Of a stretch of 64,000 nt of DNA, positions 43,581 to 55,300 are shown piece by piece; the stretch's first letter is position 1; each line of letters starts with the position of its first letter. The notes under the pieces were generated by a model. That model was not told the DNA's origin. It saw only the letters and a list, made by a program, of their open reading frames with translations, and did not search any database. Source of the stretch: Lepidodermella squamata (Eukaryota; Animalia; Gastrotricha); the NCBI GenBank assembly GCA_047495785.1, contig JBLDXI010000007.1, positions 3,100,001 through 3,164,000 of the forward strand. Direction: 5' to 3'. A program made the position numbers and the translations under genes.

Positions 43581-44912
43581 ATTCAACGGCAAAATGATCT
43601 AAAACTTATGAGGAAAAAGGATGCGAATTGAAAACTGAAAGGAATCCGCCAGCTTTTATCGGCTATGCCACGTGGTTTCGAACTTTGTTTTTACCACGTG
43701 CAAAACAACATCATGGAATGCTGTCATAGGGTGATCACAACGGTGGCATCGGTGTAACAATTTCAGCTGTCCCGGCTTGTTTGAACTACGCGGCAGGCTA
43801 CGAGCATGGAGCATTCAGCCTACGCTTGTTGAGTTATCGCGAAATAATTTATTATATTAATATTAAACAATATCTGGGAGATTTGAAGCGGATAGCGGGA
43901 AATATTTGCCTGAAGGCCAGCTATGGAGACCTTAGGCGCAGCCGAAGGTCGAAATAGCGGCCTGAAGTTTGTAGCTGGGTCTTGTTGCCCGTCTTCAACA
44001 TGAATCGCATCAATTTCGGCAAAACGGAAAATCTACGCTCGGATGGCGAATTCAACACTAGACCGTTCTTAGAAGCCGGGCTTCCAATGCGCAAGAAACA
44101 TTTCCAGGCTCAGCGGTGGCAGCGAAATGTCTCGGCTTGCGACTTGTTTGCTGTTACATCCTCTCTCTGTCTTTGCGGCAAATCCTTCAACTTTGTTAAT
44201 GTTCTCGTATAATTACGGAATAATAAAATCTAGGGGGTCGCGGGGGTTCCATATATTCGTAAATTTTGTTTTCGTACTCGAATAAATCGAAAATAGGGGT
44301 GAATTCTGCCGAAATTTTGAGCCGTGACTTGATATCTATTGATATTGATACTTGATACTTGATATCCCGGCTCAAACGGCCCCCGGGTTAGCAGAAAATT
44401 CGGGCTGTTTTACGGCATATTTTCCACTATGATCCGGATAATACAGCCAACGTGGGGCGTGTGGCTGAACCAGAGTGCGATCTTGGATCCCCGAGCTCCC
44501 AGGGATGGTAAAAAGTTTTTGCTGTATTTGCCAAGATAACAAGTCATTTCGGGGTTATTAGTCCTACCCTGCTGGGTAGATATATTAGTTATCTGCAAAA
44601 CATGTTTGATCGATAAGGAAGGCGTATTCACACAGGATTTTTTATTGTACCGAATTAGATGTTGCCTGAAGGAGTTCAATTTTGAAAAAGCTACCGAATG
44701 ATTCAGCCCATGAAATCGTTGGGAAGATCAGACCTTGAACGCGTTGACGTCATTGAGTCTTAATTGGAAACCTACAAACGCCAATTATTCTGCGCATCAG
44801 CAAGTTTACATGAGTCTTTCTACGTAGTCTTGAGAAGTTGTTACGTGATTTTTGATGAGCGATTCAAATAATGAATAGTGAGTCAGCTACTTGTATCACG
44901 TATTGATTAACA

Positions 44913-47228
44913 TCAGGGTAAAATGCGAGGTATCAGTTGCAATAATGCTGTCGAATTCGAGTAAATCAAAATGCCGAAAGCGAGAATTGAGGTTCGCAGT
45001 ACAACGCGATCCAGAGGTAATAAAACCATCAGGCTCAGGACAACAGCCATAATTGTAAGACCGTTGACAGTTGCAAGTTTCGTCGCAGTGAAATCTCTCT
45101 TGTTCCCCAATACTTTCAGCTCGTATGCGAAAATAGCCCCTACTATGAGGACTGCCACGTGAATAACAGCTAGCAAGGGTGCCCAAGTTGACAAATAACC
45201 AGAACCGCATACTTGTTGCAAGTTTGCCGTGTAAGAATCGATTGTTGGATTATATTGAACCGGGCTACTTCTTTCAATCATCATAACAGGATCAGCAATC
45301 AGAAACCCAGCCATAACAGCTAGATTCAGAGCAATGAAAACTAAGCATTCGAAAACGCTGCTCATGTGAATCTTCCAGGGTTTTAGGACGATGTCGCCAT
45401 GATGTTGAAGGTTGCTGCTAGAAGTTACGGAAGTGTCCGCCCCAACTTTGAAAAGACTCATCTTTGCAGAACTGCGTTTCCGCCCGCCATTGGGATTCGC
45501 AGATCTTGTCTGCGTCCGAAACCAAATGAAGAGAGAAGCGAGACGAGAAAAGAACGATCCATTTACAACAGCTATGCCAATAACTGCTAAAATTACCTGA
45601 GATTGACAAAGTTCATTTGATAGGGCATTATCGAAGGTAGCAACTAAGCATAAAGCTGCGGCATCAGACAAGATACACCCAAACAACACCAAGAAGCTCA
45701 AGATCGCATCAGGTAGCTTGGGCACCTTCTTTGCCAAGCGATAACAGGCGAAAATCTTTGCGATGACAGTAACACAAACAAACGCTAATATCGTGCTGAA
45801 AACACCTATGGGAACGCTATCGTAATTGTAATTAATCTCTGAGAGGTCTTTTGGGATTAGGCCATCAGCAGTGAGCCAGATTGGCTCGTTCAACCTTTCA
45901 ACTTTGTAGCTCCCTAAATCATAAGTCGAACTGGAGCTGTTACCGATGAAAGTTGCGCGTATTATGATGCGCATGCCTTCAGCGGAGGTCCATTGAGTAA
46001 GGTACAAAGGCTCGTAGTCAAGTTCTAGCCTAGGGGTATACTTGATTCGCCCGATTCTTAATCCGATAAAATCGGACGCAGCTGCGCTCTCGTTCACTGC
46101 TTTCCAAACGAGATCGGGCTCATCGCCGAAATCCTTCAGAGTTTTGTTCTTAGCCCTCAGTATCCTATCTCCGCCATCCAATGACAAAACAGCCTGCATC
46201 ATTGAATCGAAACACCTGTGACGACGGACGTAGTCAGCTGACCGGGAGTTGGTCGTCAGATTGTCCAGAAGTAAGTCAAATCCACGCTGGTCGTATCCGA
46301 AACTCGTATTTCCATGGTCTTCAATCGCGAAGTCGAAAGGGCCGCTCCAGAAAGTGTGTCGAACTTGTTCTGTTAAGATTGGTCTCGTGCAATTGCCTGG
46401 GAGCTTCAGATCGCTAGCAGTTGGATCGACAAATCCTGACGATACGGCAAAAAACACGAACAGCGGGGGTCTTATCTCAGCATGCCAAGCCATGCACAAA
46501 AATTGGGTGCTCTGAGCTACAGAGCCACTTCCAACCACTAGTATTCTAGCGTCACTTCTTCGTATTTCCCACAGCATCCGATCATTTACAACGTCCGAGG
46601 TGATATAGAAAACCGATCGCTTGCCGAATGGCCGAACGTTGCGGGCAAATAAATCGTTGGCAAATTTGTCAGCTGCCGATGAAAACCCGATAGATCCATA
46701 CTGACGCCATCGATTTGCCATAGCTACGAAAGCAGCTTGCGGAATCTCCTGAGTGTCAGACGGGATACGATTTCGGTACAAGTGCGGGTAAACCGTACGA
46801 AGTGCCGTAAATTGAGGCCCGCTGCAACCTGGCGTAAACTGTATCTGCTTCAGAGATCGAGAAATTCCTGTGATGGTGTTGCAGGTCTGGGCTGTTCCTA
46901 CAATGACCGGAGCGAGGAAGGTTTGTTTCTTCGAGTCTTTGGAAATCGCTACCTCAGCATCGCGTAAGAAGTTAACATACGCCCTTGGGGCGAGCGAGGC
47001 TTGACTACCTTCGTCGCGGAAGTCTGTTACCAGTTCATATTCAGGCAGAAGGTCTTTCCTCGAATTTGCAGTGTTCACTGCAACTTGCATCGCTGCCTGG
47101 CAAACCCGGCCATCTCTAGGCTCATAACCGGTGTAAGTCGCAGCGGCGTAGACGAGCAGTTTGTATGGCTTCTGTGCGCGAGTTTCACATACTAGAAGCA
47201 ATAAGATGAGGAAATGTTTGATCATCAT
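44913..47228 (-). CDS. Class C GPCR, GABA-B-receptor-like, 771 aa, intronless
   Basis: Signal peptide; AAMQVAVNTANSRKDLLPEYEL; YPHLYR; IWLTADGLIPKD; 7TM ending LIPRILP*. Paralogue of 13519-15801. Confidence 0.85.
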   Translation of the reverse strand: MMIKHFLILLLLVCETRAQKPYKLLVYAAATYTGYEPRDGRVCQAAMQVAVNTANSRKDLLPEYELVTDFRDEGSQASLAPRAYVNFLRDAEVAISKDSKKQTFLAPVIVGTAQTCNTITGISRSLKQIQFTPGCSGPQFTALRTVYPHLYRNRIPSDTQEIPQAAFVAMANRWRQYGSIGFSSAADKFANDLFARNVRPFGKRSVFYITSDVVNDRMLWEIRRSDARILVVGSGSVAQSTQFLCMAWHAEIRPPLFVFFAVSSGFVDPTASDLKLPGNCTRPILTEQVRHTFWSGPFDFAIEDHGNTSFGYDQRGFDLLLDNLTTNSRSADYVRRHRCFDSMMQAVLSLDGGDRILRAKNKTLKDFGDEPDLVWKAVNESAAASDFIGLRIGRIKYTPRLELDYEPLYLTQWTSAEGMRIIIRATFIGNSSSSTYDLGSYKVERLNEPIWLTADGLIPKDLSEINYNYDSVPIGVFSTILAFVCVTVIAKIFACYRLAKKVPKLPDAILSFLVLFGCILSDAAALCLVATFDNALSNELCQSQVILAVIGIAVVNGSFFSRLASLFIWFRTQTRSANPNGGRKRSSAKMSLFKVGADTSVTSSSNLQHHGDIVLKPWKIHMSSVFECLVFIALNLAVMAGFLIADPVMMIERSSPVQYNPTIDSYTANLQQVCGSGYLSTWAPLLAVIHVAVLIVGAIFAYELKVLGNKRDFTATKLATVNGLTIMAVVLSLMVLLPLDRVVLRTSILAFGILIYSNSTALLQLIPRILP

Positions 47229-48177
47229 TTTTCGCCGTCTGAAATTATACTTTCTGATGAACTATTAAGTTTATGGACAAATACAACCAGTGACTATGCC
47301 TTTGGCAAAGAACTGAAGAGTAATTAGTCCTTTTTGCCCAATTTAACACGCATTGAATCAGACGACTTCGACAAAAACGAAGGATAATGACACCTCTGTA
47401 TACATCGCCGTGGAGTAACTGAAATACAATAATTACCCATAATTTGTCCATGGCTAAAACACAAGCTGACATTTGCGGCGCAGTAAAATTACGAGAAGTT
47501 TCCACTTTAATTGAACCTTGAGTTATATTCTGCCTAGCTTTATAACACCAGCAGAAAAACGCATGTGTACATTTGAACTCATCGCTTTCGGATTCTAACT
47601 GTGAAGAACTAGCGCCTTGTTGGATGTGTCTGACAACCATATTCAGTAACTTCACACTGCTCCTAATTGCCACCCTTCGACCTTCGACGCTGTCTCTGGA
47701 ATAGGAAGCCAACGTCGCTAAATGGGTCGAATCAATTCAATTATAAGGCATCATTTTTATTTGAAATTCGGAACAGAACGACCAAAATAATCTAATTTAT
47801 TTTTGCCCGGGCAGATCTCATTCAAGGCCATTTTAGCTTCAAAAGAATCGATCGATTTCAGAGCGAATCGGACGCAAAAGGCAAGAGAAAGAAATCTGTC
47901 TTGCGATAAAGCTTCGCCTCCCGTTTTCTTGCTCAGCAAGATCAGTAAGATAGGTCGAAAATTGTCCAGAGTCCTTTTTTCACCGTCCGACTAATTACAC
48001 TGATGACTCCAAAATCTCTTTGCTGTTTGTTCATCAACTTAAGATGTATACTTAATTTGTGAACGAGATTTTAATGAGGAAATACTGCAATCAAAAACAA
48101 CGTATATGGCTCCTTTGAGATAATTGTTCAAGGCTGAAGTTGCAACGAAAAATACAAAGGATGGATTTTGATTCGTC

Positions 48178-49999
48178 TCATCCGCTGCTTTCTGCTACTT
48201 TCGCATACAAGTCGGATAGGTGTACGAACACGGAATGTGGGCAACGCTGATGCATATAAACGCCGACGCGAAATTGTAGCTGCAAAGAGTTATCGCAATA
48301 TCGTGCGATCAGTTGCGCAGCATTGGCGTGAAATCGAATTGTCGCTTCCATGTTGTTTTTCTCCTGGTCGTAAATGCTATCATAGTACAACAGGCTGCTT
48401 ATCGTCAACGCCGCCCATTCGCAACCGTCATTGTTGCTAGAATGCGAGAGTTGAACCGCGAATTCGTAATTCTGATTTCTTCGGACGAGATTATACGAAT
48501 AGGTCACTGTTGCCGTAGCCATGAAGTGAAGGAAAACTGTTCGAACAGTGACACCCGAAATCTCCGGAGCCGAAGCGTAGAGGTCCCTTGGATATCTTCG
48601 GTATTCTCCTAGGATCAGTTGGCTTCGCCCGTGCTCGCATCGATAAAGAGCCGTGAGGTCTGCTTCAACGGTATATTTCGGACCCGAGACAAGTTTGTCA
48701 ATGTACGACTTATTCTCTCCATCTGGCGAGACGTGCCACTTGTACCTATCACGGGAAGATCATACAATGTAAGATGTAAGTAGGGAAATGTGTTGTGGAA
48801 TCGTAAATCATGTTATTCGGGATGGGTTGCACGCTTTAAAAAAGTTTTGAAAGGCACAATTATCCATGCTATACATGAATCTAGACTCTTCACTATGGGG
48901 AAGGTTCAAAAATCTCCTGAGCTGAACTATTCTTCATTCAAGTTCTTTCGTTTAAGGTAGAAAGAGGAAGTTCTTACGAATCGAGTAATGTTTCTTCAAG
49001 AGAGCGCAGCGTAGCACCGTAGTTTGAGCAATCCAACTCCATGGCCTCAGCATGGGCAAAACTAAATCTGGGAGTCATCGAAGGATTCGGAGGGCAGTCT
49101 GCCGTTTCTAATTGTTCGTTATACAAATAGTTGCACTGCCACCACTGCATGAAACGCGCTTGAGGCATCCGACAAGAATATTCATTTGCCACTAACTGAC
49201 TAAGCCGATTAGATTCAAGAAAATAGGGTAGGCAATTTTGAGAGCAGAAGAGTTTTGATAATTCTTGAAAGAAATTAGCAACAGCGACTTGAGTGATGTC
49301 GACCCCAATTTTGAACTCGTCAAGCAACTTGCCGTATGCTGTGTGAACGGTCTCATCTTCTGCTTCACTGTGCGCCACAACAATGTAATGGTCGTCTTCT
49401 TCTGCTATCATCGGCTCATCTTCAACATCATCCGTCACAATTTGAAGACTGTCCAGCCGAGCAACATACGATTTACCTCCTTCGATGCAGTAGATCGGAA
49501 GTATCACGTCAAAGGGCGGAGAGTCAGGTGGGAAATATGTAACGGAGAAAAAATGCTCGCCTTTAGTAATTGTTGGACTCGTAAGGACGTTAAGGACTAA
49601 GCCTCGCGTGAATCCCGGTAGATTTACTGTATGCTCTCCTGCTCCGGAGTCAGCCGAAATTTCCGGGGTAGAGTGACATTCAGGCAGACCGAAATGCCCA
49701 TGGGTGGACAGGTAACTGATACTTTGCTTCTTAATCAGTAAATCCACCGCGAATAGCTGAAAGGGAGCCAATCGACCATCTACTTTCTTGAAGATAGACC
49801 AAGCTAGGCGGCAGCGAAGAGCGAGACTGTAGTCGTACAAATGGTTGAAAATAATGCCCAACTGGCTTATTTCAGGTTTTTCTTTGAAGTGAATAGCCAT
49901 TCTAGCATCGGTAACGTTGAGAAAGCCGAAATGTCCGTTCAATATTATTTCGCAGCAACTCGATGCCATTAGAATACAAAAAACGGAGTAGAACAACAT
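48178..49999 (-). CDS. Putative multi-exon secreted protein of unknown function (exon structure unresolved)
   Basis: A 341-aa ORF with a signal peptide ends at a GTAAG donor (48977). A downstream open frame ~48746-48178 reads YKWHVSPDG...DLTALYRC...; the middle exon is not resolved. Confidence 0.45.
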
Positions 50000-50197
50000 G
50001 ATCCAATGTCAAAAGTAGAAAATACTTGAATCTTCAAATTTAGGATTGAAAAATGCGTTAAGGAGGATTTATTATTATTTTCAAGTCATCCTTAGCGTCA
50101 AATTATAAATGCTACTCACTCCTTAGCGATGATAAGTTCTTGAAATTCCATTTATAGCTTTATTTTCAGAATTCTGGATTCATGGGAAGATAGAAAA

Positions 50198-50668
50198 CTA
50201 TGCAAAGCTTGTCTTCAAAATCAACAGAATCAAAAGAACAAAAGTGATTGTTACTGCTGAAAGTAGTCCCGAATCTAAAAAGCGAGATGAACTATTTTTG
50301 GCGGCGGTACTTGAAGCAGTTGTAATAGTTGCTTGATCGCAGATATCAGGCCCTAGGTAACTACTGCACCATTCGTCTCCCAATGACGCGTTTTTTGGCT
50401 TGCACTTGATGATCCAACTCCCAGTCAAATCAAGATCTTCGTCGTACATGAGATTTTGAAGCGAATCAGTGTGAGAAGTTAGTCCTTTCCGACAAAAGAC
50501 GCGTAGAATCGATAAGTCATCTTTGACAGTCACTCGGCAATCCTTGCGGTCGGGAAGTATTCCATCCGCAGTCATTAGAAAGCATAGCCAATCATTTGGT
50601 TTGTAGTCGGAAGTAGAAAACTCTTGATTCAACATGTCAAAGCGACCTTTCGCAACATAAACTTGCAT
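50198..50668 (-). CDS. Last exon of a putative membrane- or GPI-anchored cysteine-containing protein
   Basis: 156-aa ORF with Cys residues, a S/T linker and a C-terminal hydrophobic tail. A short intron lies upstream; the 5' exon cannot be read cleanly. Confidence 0.45.
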   Translation of the reverse strand: MQVYVAKGRFDMLNQEFSTSDYKPNDWLCFLMTADGILPDRKDCRVTVKDDLSILRVFCRKGLTSHTDSLQNLMYDEDLDLTGSWIIKCKPKNASLGDEWCSSYLGPDICDQATITTASSTAAKNSSSRFLDSGLLSAVTITFVLLILLILKTSFA

Positions 50669-52355
50669 TAATGAGAATGGAAGTACTACTAAATTTTCGA
50701 GAGAGCAAAATTTTACCTTAATTAACTACGATTATGCCATTCGAGCATCTCCAAGTCTCACACACCACTGGTACCTGGTTATCCTATTACACCTGGATCT
50801 CATTATACTTCAGTGGTTCAATTATATTTGCTCTGAATGGCTCTGTTGTAGCTCGGTGATTGAGAGTTGAGAGCACTATGAATAAGAAGTAGATGCCATG
50901 ACGGCTTTTGCTCTTTTTGCCCATTTTTATACATCAAGAATAATGATCGGAAATATACCTGCGATAAAATTGGTGTACTAATAGGTACTGCTTGATCATG
51001 ATATTATCCGACAAGGATTAACAACCACGTGGGGGACCAAAACTTCGAAGAGGCTGCTTTTTCTCATAAATGAAAGCCTTACTCATATCTCTTCAGTACT
51101 AAATTATTATTGAGAACCCCAATTGGGTCTTCTAGCACCGATTCGATATCCAAAATCAAGACCCTTCCGAGAAACAAATCAGAATTATTATCTCAACTCG
51201 GAAAATTCTATTTGGGCAACTCAGTTTTCACAACTATTTCAAATAGCCCTTCTGGGAACTGGGCTCCAGGTTAAGTTAATCCGGCTCGAACGTATAATAA
51301 TGCATGCTCGTACTACGCTTTGGCTCTCATAGCATTAACTGATTCTGTTTCCTCAACGTACGCGTTGAGACCATAGATATAGCCTGAAGTGGTAATGTAG
51401 TTAAGGTTAAGCCGTTGTTATATATTATCTATTTCGTTTGGGTAAATTTTGTCTGTGGAGAGCCCAAGATGTTCAAATAGTTGCTTTTCACTAGACAACT
51501 AGGCCTACGCACATGATACATATTGATTGACCGCGGATAACGACTGCGATGCAAATGGCATCGGTGGGAGATGAGACCTTGCTTTCAAAAGCAAGGGTCA
51601 TGATGAGTACGAACATTTTACACACTTTTATCGACTGTGTAAGCAACACATGATCTTAAGAGCTAGTCCCACGAAAAAAAGAGAGTTGATTTATAAATTA
51701 CTTATTATTTGATCGGTCATCCGGCCCAAACTCAAAACTCGAAGCTGCTGCATATCGCAAAAGTAACTTGCCAGGTATTCAGAAGAAGATTTCCCCGAAT
51801 ATAGTCCTCATTTACTGCGTTAATGGCGAGTGCTAATACCAGGAAATAGTTGCCAACAGGGCTATTAATTTATTAAAAACCATTTTTGTCGTCAACAATT
51901 TCTGCAGCCTCACGCATCACCGATCAATTATATGCCTAGTTCACCTGGCTCTCAAAATTGTGAAACTAAGATGGTCTTCACGTTTGAACGTTCATCGCCT
52001 TTTGGTTGCTGTCAGCTAAGCCTTTTCGCTCCGCAGAGAAGAGCTTTATGCCGCTTGAGAAGTCCAGGATGTTCCATTAGTGACTTTCGGACAGAAAATT
52101 AGATGACGCAAACTGACAGAGAGTTGAATCGATTGCAACGCAAATGGCGATAATGGCTTTTCCATCGAGGAACATTCGCGAACATTAAGGCCATTTCCTC
52201 AATTTTGTAAACATCACATGGTCTAAAGAGCAATTACCTGGAACAGGGCATTATCTCAGGGTTGACTCGTGAATTATTATTGTCTTGTTTCGCTGAGCAA
52301 AGGTAATATTGTGGCCTCCTCTCAAACAATATCGACGCGTATTTTTGAATAAAAA

Positions 52356-55300
52356 ATGAGACTATATATTATAGTCATCGCATTCCTTATTGGGGAAGGT
52401 AAGATCTTCGTTGAAGTGTATGCATATAGAACACGTTTCATCGAATGAAGGATATGGACAGAGCCCTGATGTAGCATCACTGCCTTTGCCATACCTTTAC
52501 GCTGGGACTCCAACTTATTCATCAACCAATTCGTTCGATGGCCCAACAGTCAGCACTAGCTCTTTCAGCTCGTATTACGCTACACAAACATCATCTGGAA
52601 TCTTGATGATCGAGGATTATCCTAATTGCGACTCTTGCATGGGAAAGTTAAGCTTTTCTAGCTATGCACCTTCCAGCAGTGCAAATTACCGAATTGAATT
52701 CGACCTTCAAGCTAATTACGGGTCATCAGGTGGCACGTCGTGGTTCGGGATCACGTATTCCTCTTCATCTTTCAACACAGGTAAAAATTACGTATATACC
52801 CTTTCAAATTTCTATTGTTCTTTTATTCTGTCCAGATGGGGACTGTGCGCTTCAGCCGATACAAGCAGGTTCTGGGGTAACTGGTCCTTACTTTTGGCAG
52901 GAGATCATACCGAATGGTAGAACATACGCAGGGGTTGGTTCTTCCACTGCCGGATTCCCGCCACTGTCGCCAACTCTGACATCTTTACCAGCTTGCGGCA
53001 GTTCCAGCCTATTCAACCCGATTAGCACGAGTTCAGCTTACCGTTTGTTTATTCAGGTTTACAGTGGAAAAATCACGATTGCAATGGCGGCTTTGCCAGC
53101 TGGTGGCAGTGCGCCAACTGACATTTGCTTCTCCGACGCCGATCTACCTGGCGCCGGAATCAGCAGTTCTCACAAAGCGCGGTTGTTATCTACTTGCCTT
53201 GAATACGGTAATTGAATTTGAAATTTCCTTATTACTTCTGAGACGTCCCATTCGTTGAATGTATCAGCCATGGGCTCTAGATCAGTAGTGATAAGTGGAG
53301 GCTAAGTGAAGTGGAGTGAGTGCCTAATTCAGAGTTTCCCAAACAGCGTGGTTATGATTTCTTGTATATTTTCGGCACAAAATGTTCGATTTTACGAGTC
53401 GGGCCACTGCTAAGAAACTATGCATTTTTAGACCATTTTCACGTGTAAAAACGATGAGAAAAACCATTTTCAATGCGGCGCTGCGGTGAAACCTACCATC
53501 TTGCCCTTTACATTAAAATATATATCACTCTTGAGAACAATAGTGAGTTAGAATTACCGTCAAATAGCGCAATGAATGATAGCATGAGAGCACATTTTCA
53601 GGCCCGCCTAAGATTCCTCCACACGCGTGCTCCTATTGGCTGGCATTTTGTGCGCGCGTCACTAAGTTTGGAATCGATAGAGTTTTTTTTACGCGTGATG
53701 AACATTTGTCGTCTGAATTGTCCTTAACCCTTTTAGTGCCGACGGACAATTTTGTCCTTCTCTGCAGAGAACGCGAGTTAATTATTAATAATAATATTTA
53801 TACGCAACACATAATATATACAGTATACAGGACGCATGCGTGCGCAAAAGTTGCGCAATCACTTGTCCTCGAGGGCTGCGCGCGCGTCGGTGGTTGCGCC
53901 GTCTCGGAGGGCGCGCATCAAGAATGATCTCTTGAAAGGCGAATCAAACTCTTGCATGATTTACAAAGGCGGTCGAGGAAATGATAATAAGCCTCTTGAA
54001 AAAACTGGATCGCAAACTTTCTCTACAATTCTACAAAAAGTATGCGCCAACATTTTGCCGTCGAAATTTTTGTTGAAGGCCGCTTTTCGTGAAAGCAGCC
54101 TTCTTTCAGATCAATGTAATTCGGAAATTCAAAAACTTTGCGCAAACCATGCATAATGTAGGATGATTCGAGAAAGGCGGCGCAATGGCAAAGATTGTTC
54201 CCATGTATGTGTTACATTGAGAGTGTCGAATCGTTGAGAGTTAACTCTCAATGGGCCTTTTTTCATTGAAAGTGAGAAAAAGTGAACTTTCAATATTGAA
54301 AGTACACTTTTCCCCATGGAGAGTATACTTTCAATAAAAAGACGCTCATTGAGAGTTTACATTCCACGATATCACTTATTGAATGTGAACTTTCCATGCT
54401 AAAGAACCTCGATCATTTCATGGAGAGTATACTTTCCACGCAAAAGATGTTCCATCCTTTTATTGAGAGTACTCTTTCGGCTGCTCAAGACGGGAAAAAC
54501 AATGGACATTTGTTAGCGTCTACTCTCAATGCATATCTTTTTATTGAGAGTATACTTTCCATGGGGGATAGTATACTTTCAATATTGAAAGTTCACTTTC
54601 AATGGAAATTCGTGCGTGGAAAGTGCACTTTCAACGATTCGACACTCTCAATGTAACATATGCAATGCGTTTTGCGCTACGACGCACATGCGCGTAATTG
54701 GGCCGCGCTCGACGCGTGGATTCTCGCTTAGTGATTTTTTCTTTACCGGCGCTTGCTGCCTGGCATCTAATTTGGACCCTTGGCTATCGAATGACATAAA
54801 TAAATCGAGAATCAACCGGGCGGTTAGGGAGCAACCGGGCGCCAAAGAGTCACCCTTTTATAGGCTTAGGGTGAAAATCACGCGAAATTGGTGTTTGCAC
54901 AAAAGATAAGTAAACAATAGCAAAAGCCGAAAACCGAATTTCACCTGCGAAATACAAATAGCTAATGAAAAGGCTTGATTCACTGCAGAGAATAAATTCT
55001 CGGTCGAGAAAACGTCAGCACGGAAAGGGTTAACGCACGCGCTCGCAAGTTATTAGTGCGCGCGCGCATTACTTTGAATGCAAGCAAAGCATTTTCGCTT
55101 TGCACTATAAAATTCTTGAGCTGTCACGTCCAATCGGGTTAATACGAAATACGGTGAAATTCTAGGCATGTTCGAAGGCGTGGTGAGAATGCCTGAGAGC
55201 CTCGCCTTGGCTGGACAGCATTAATAGGGAATAGAGACTGAATCAGTGGTCCGAGAAGGATTTGGCCTGAGGGCGATAAGGCAATAATCTTCACAAAATT

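Noticed and set aside
47245-47712. 155-aa ORF upstream of the GPCR
   Set aside because: Non-ATG start, no motifs, and it lies in the probable promoter/5' region.
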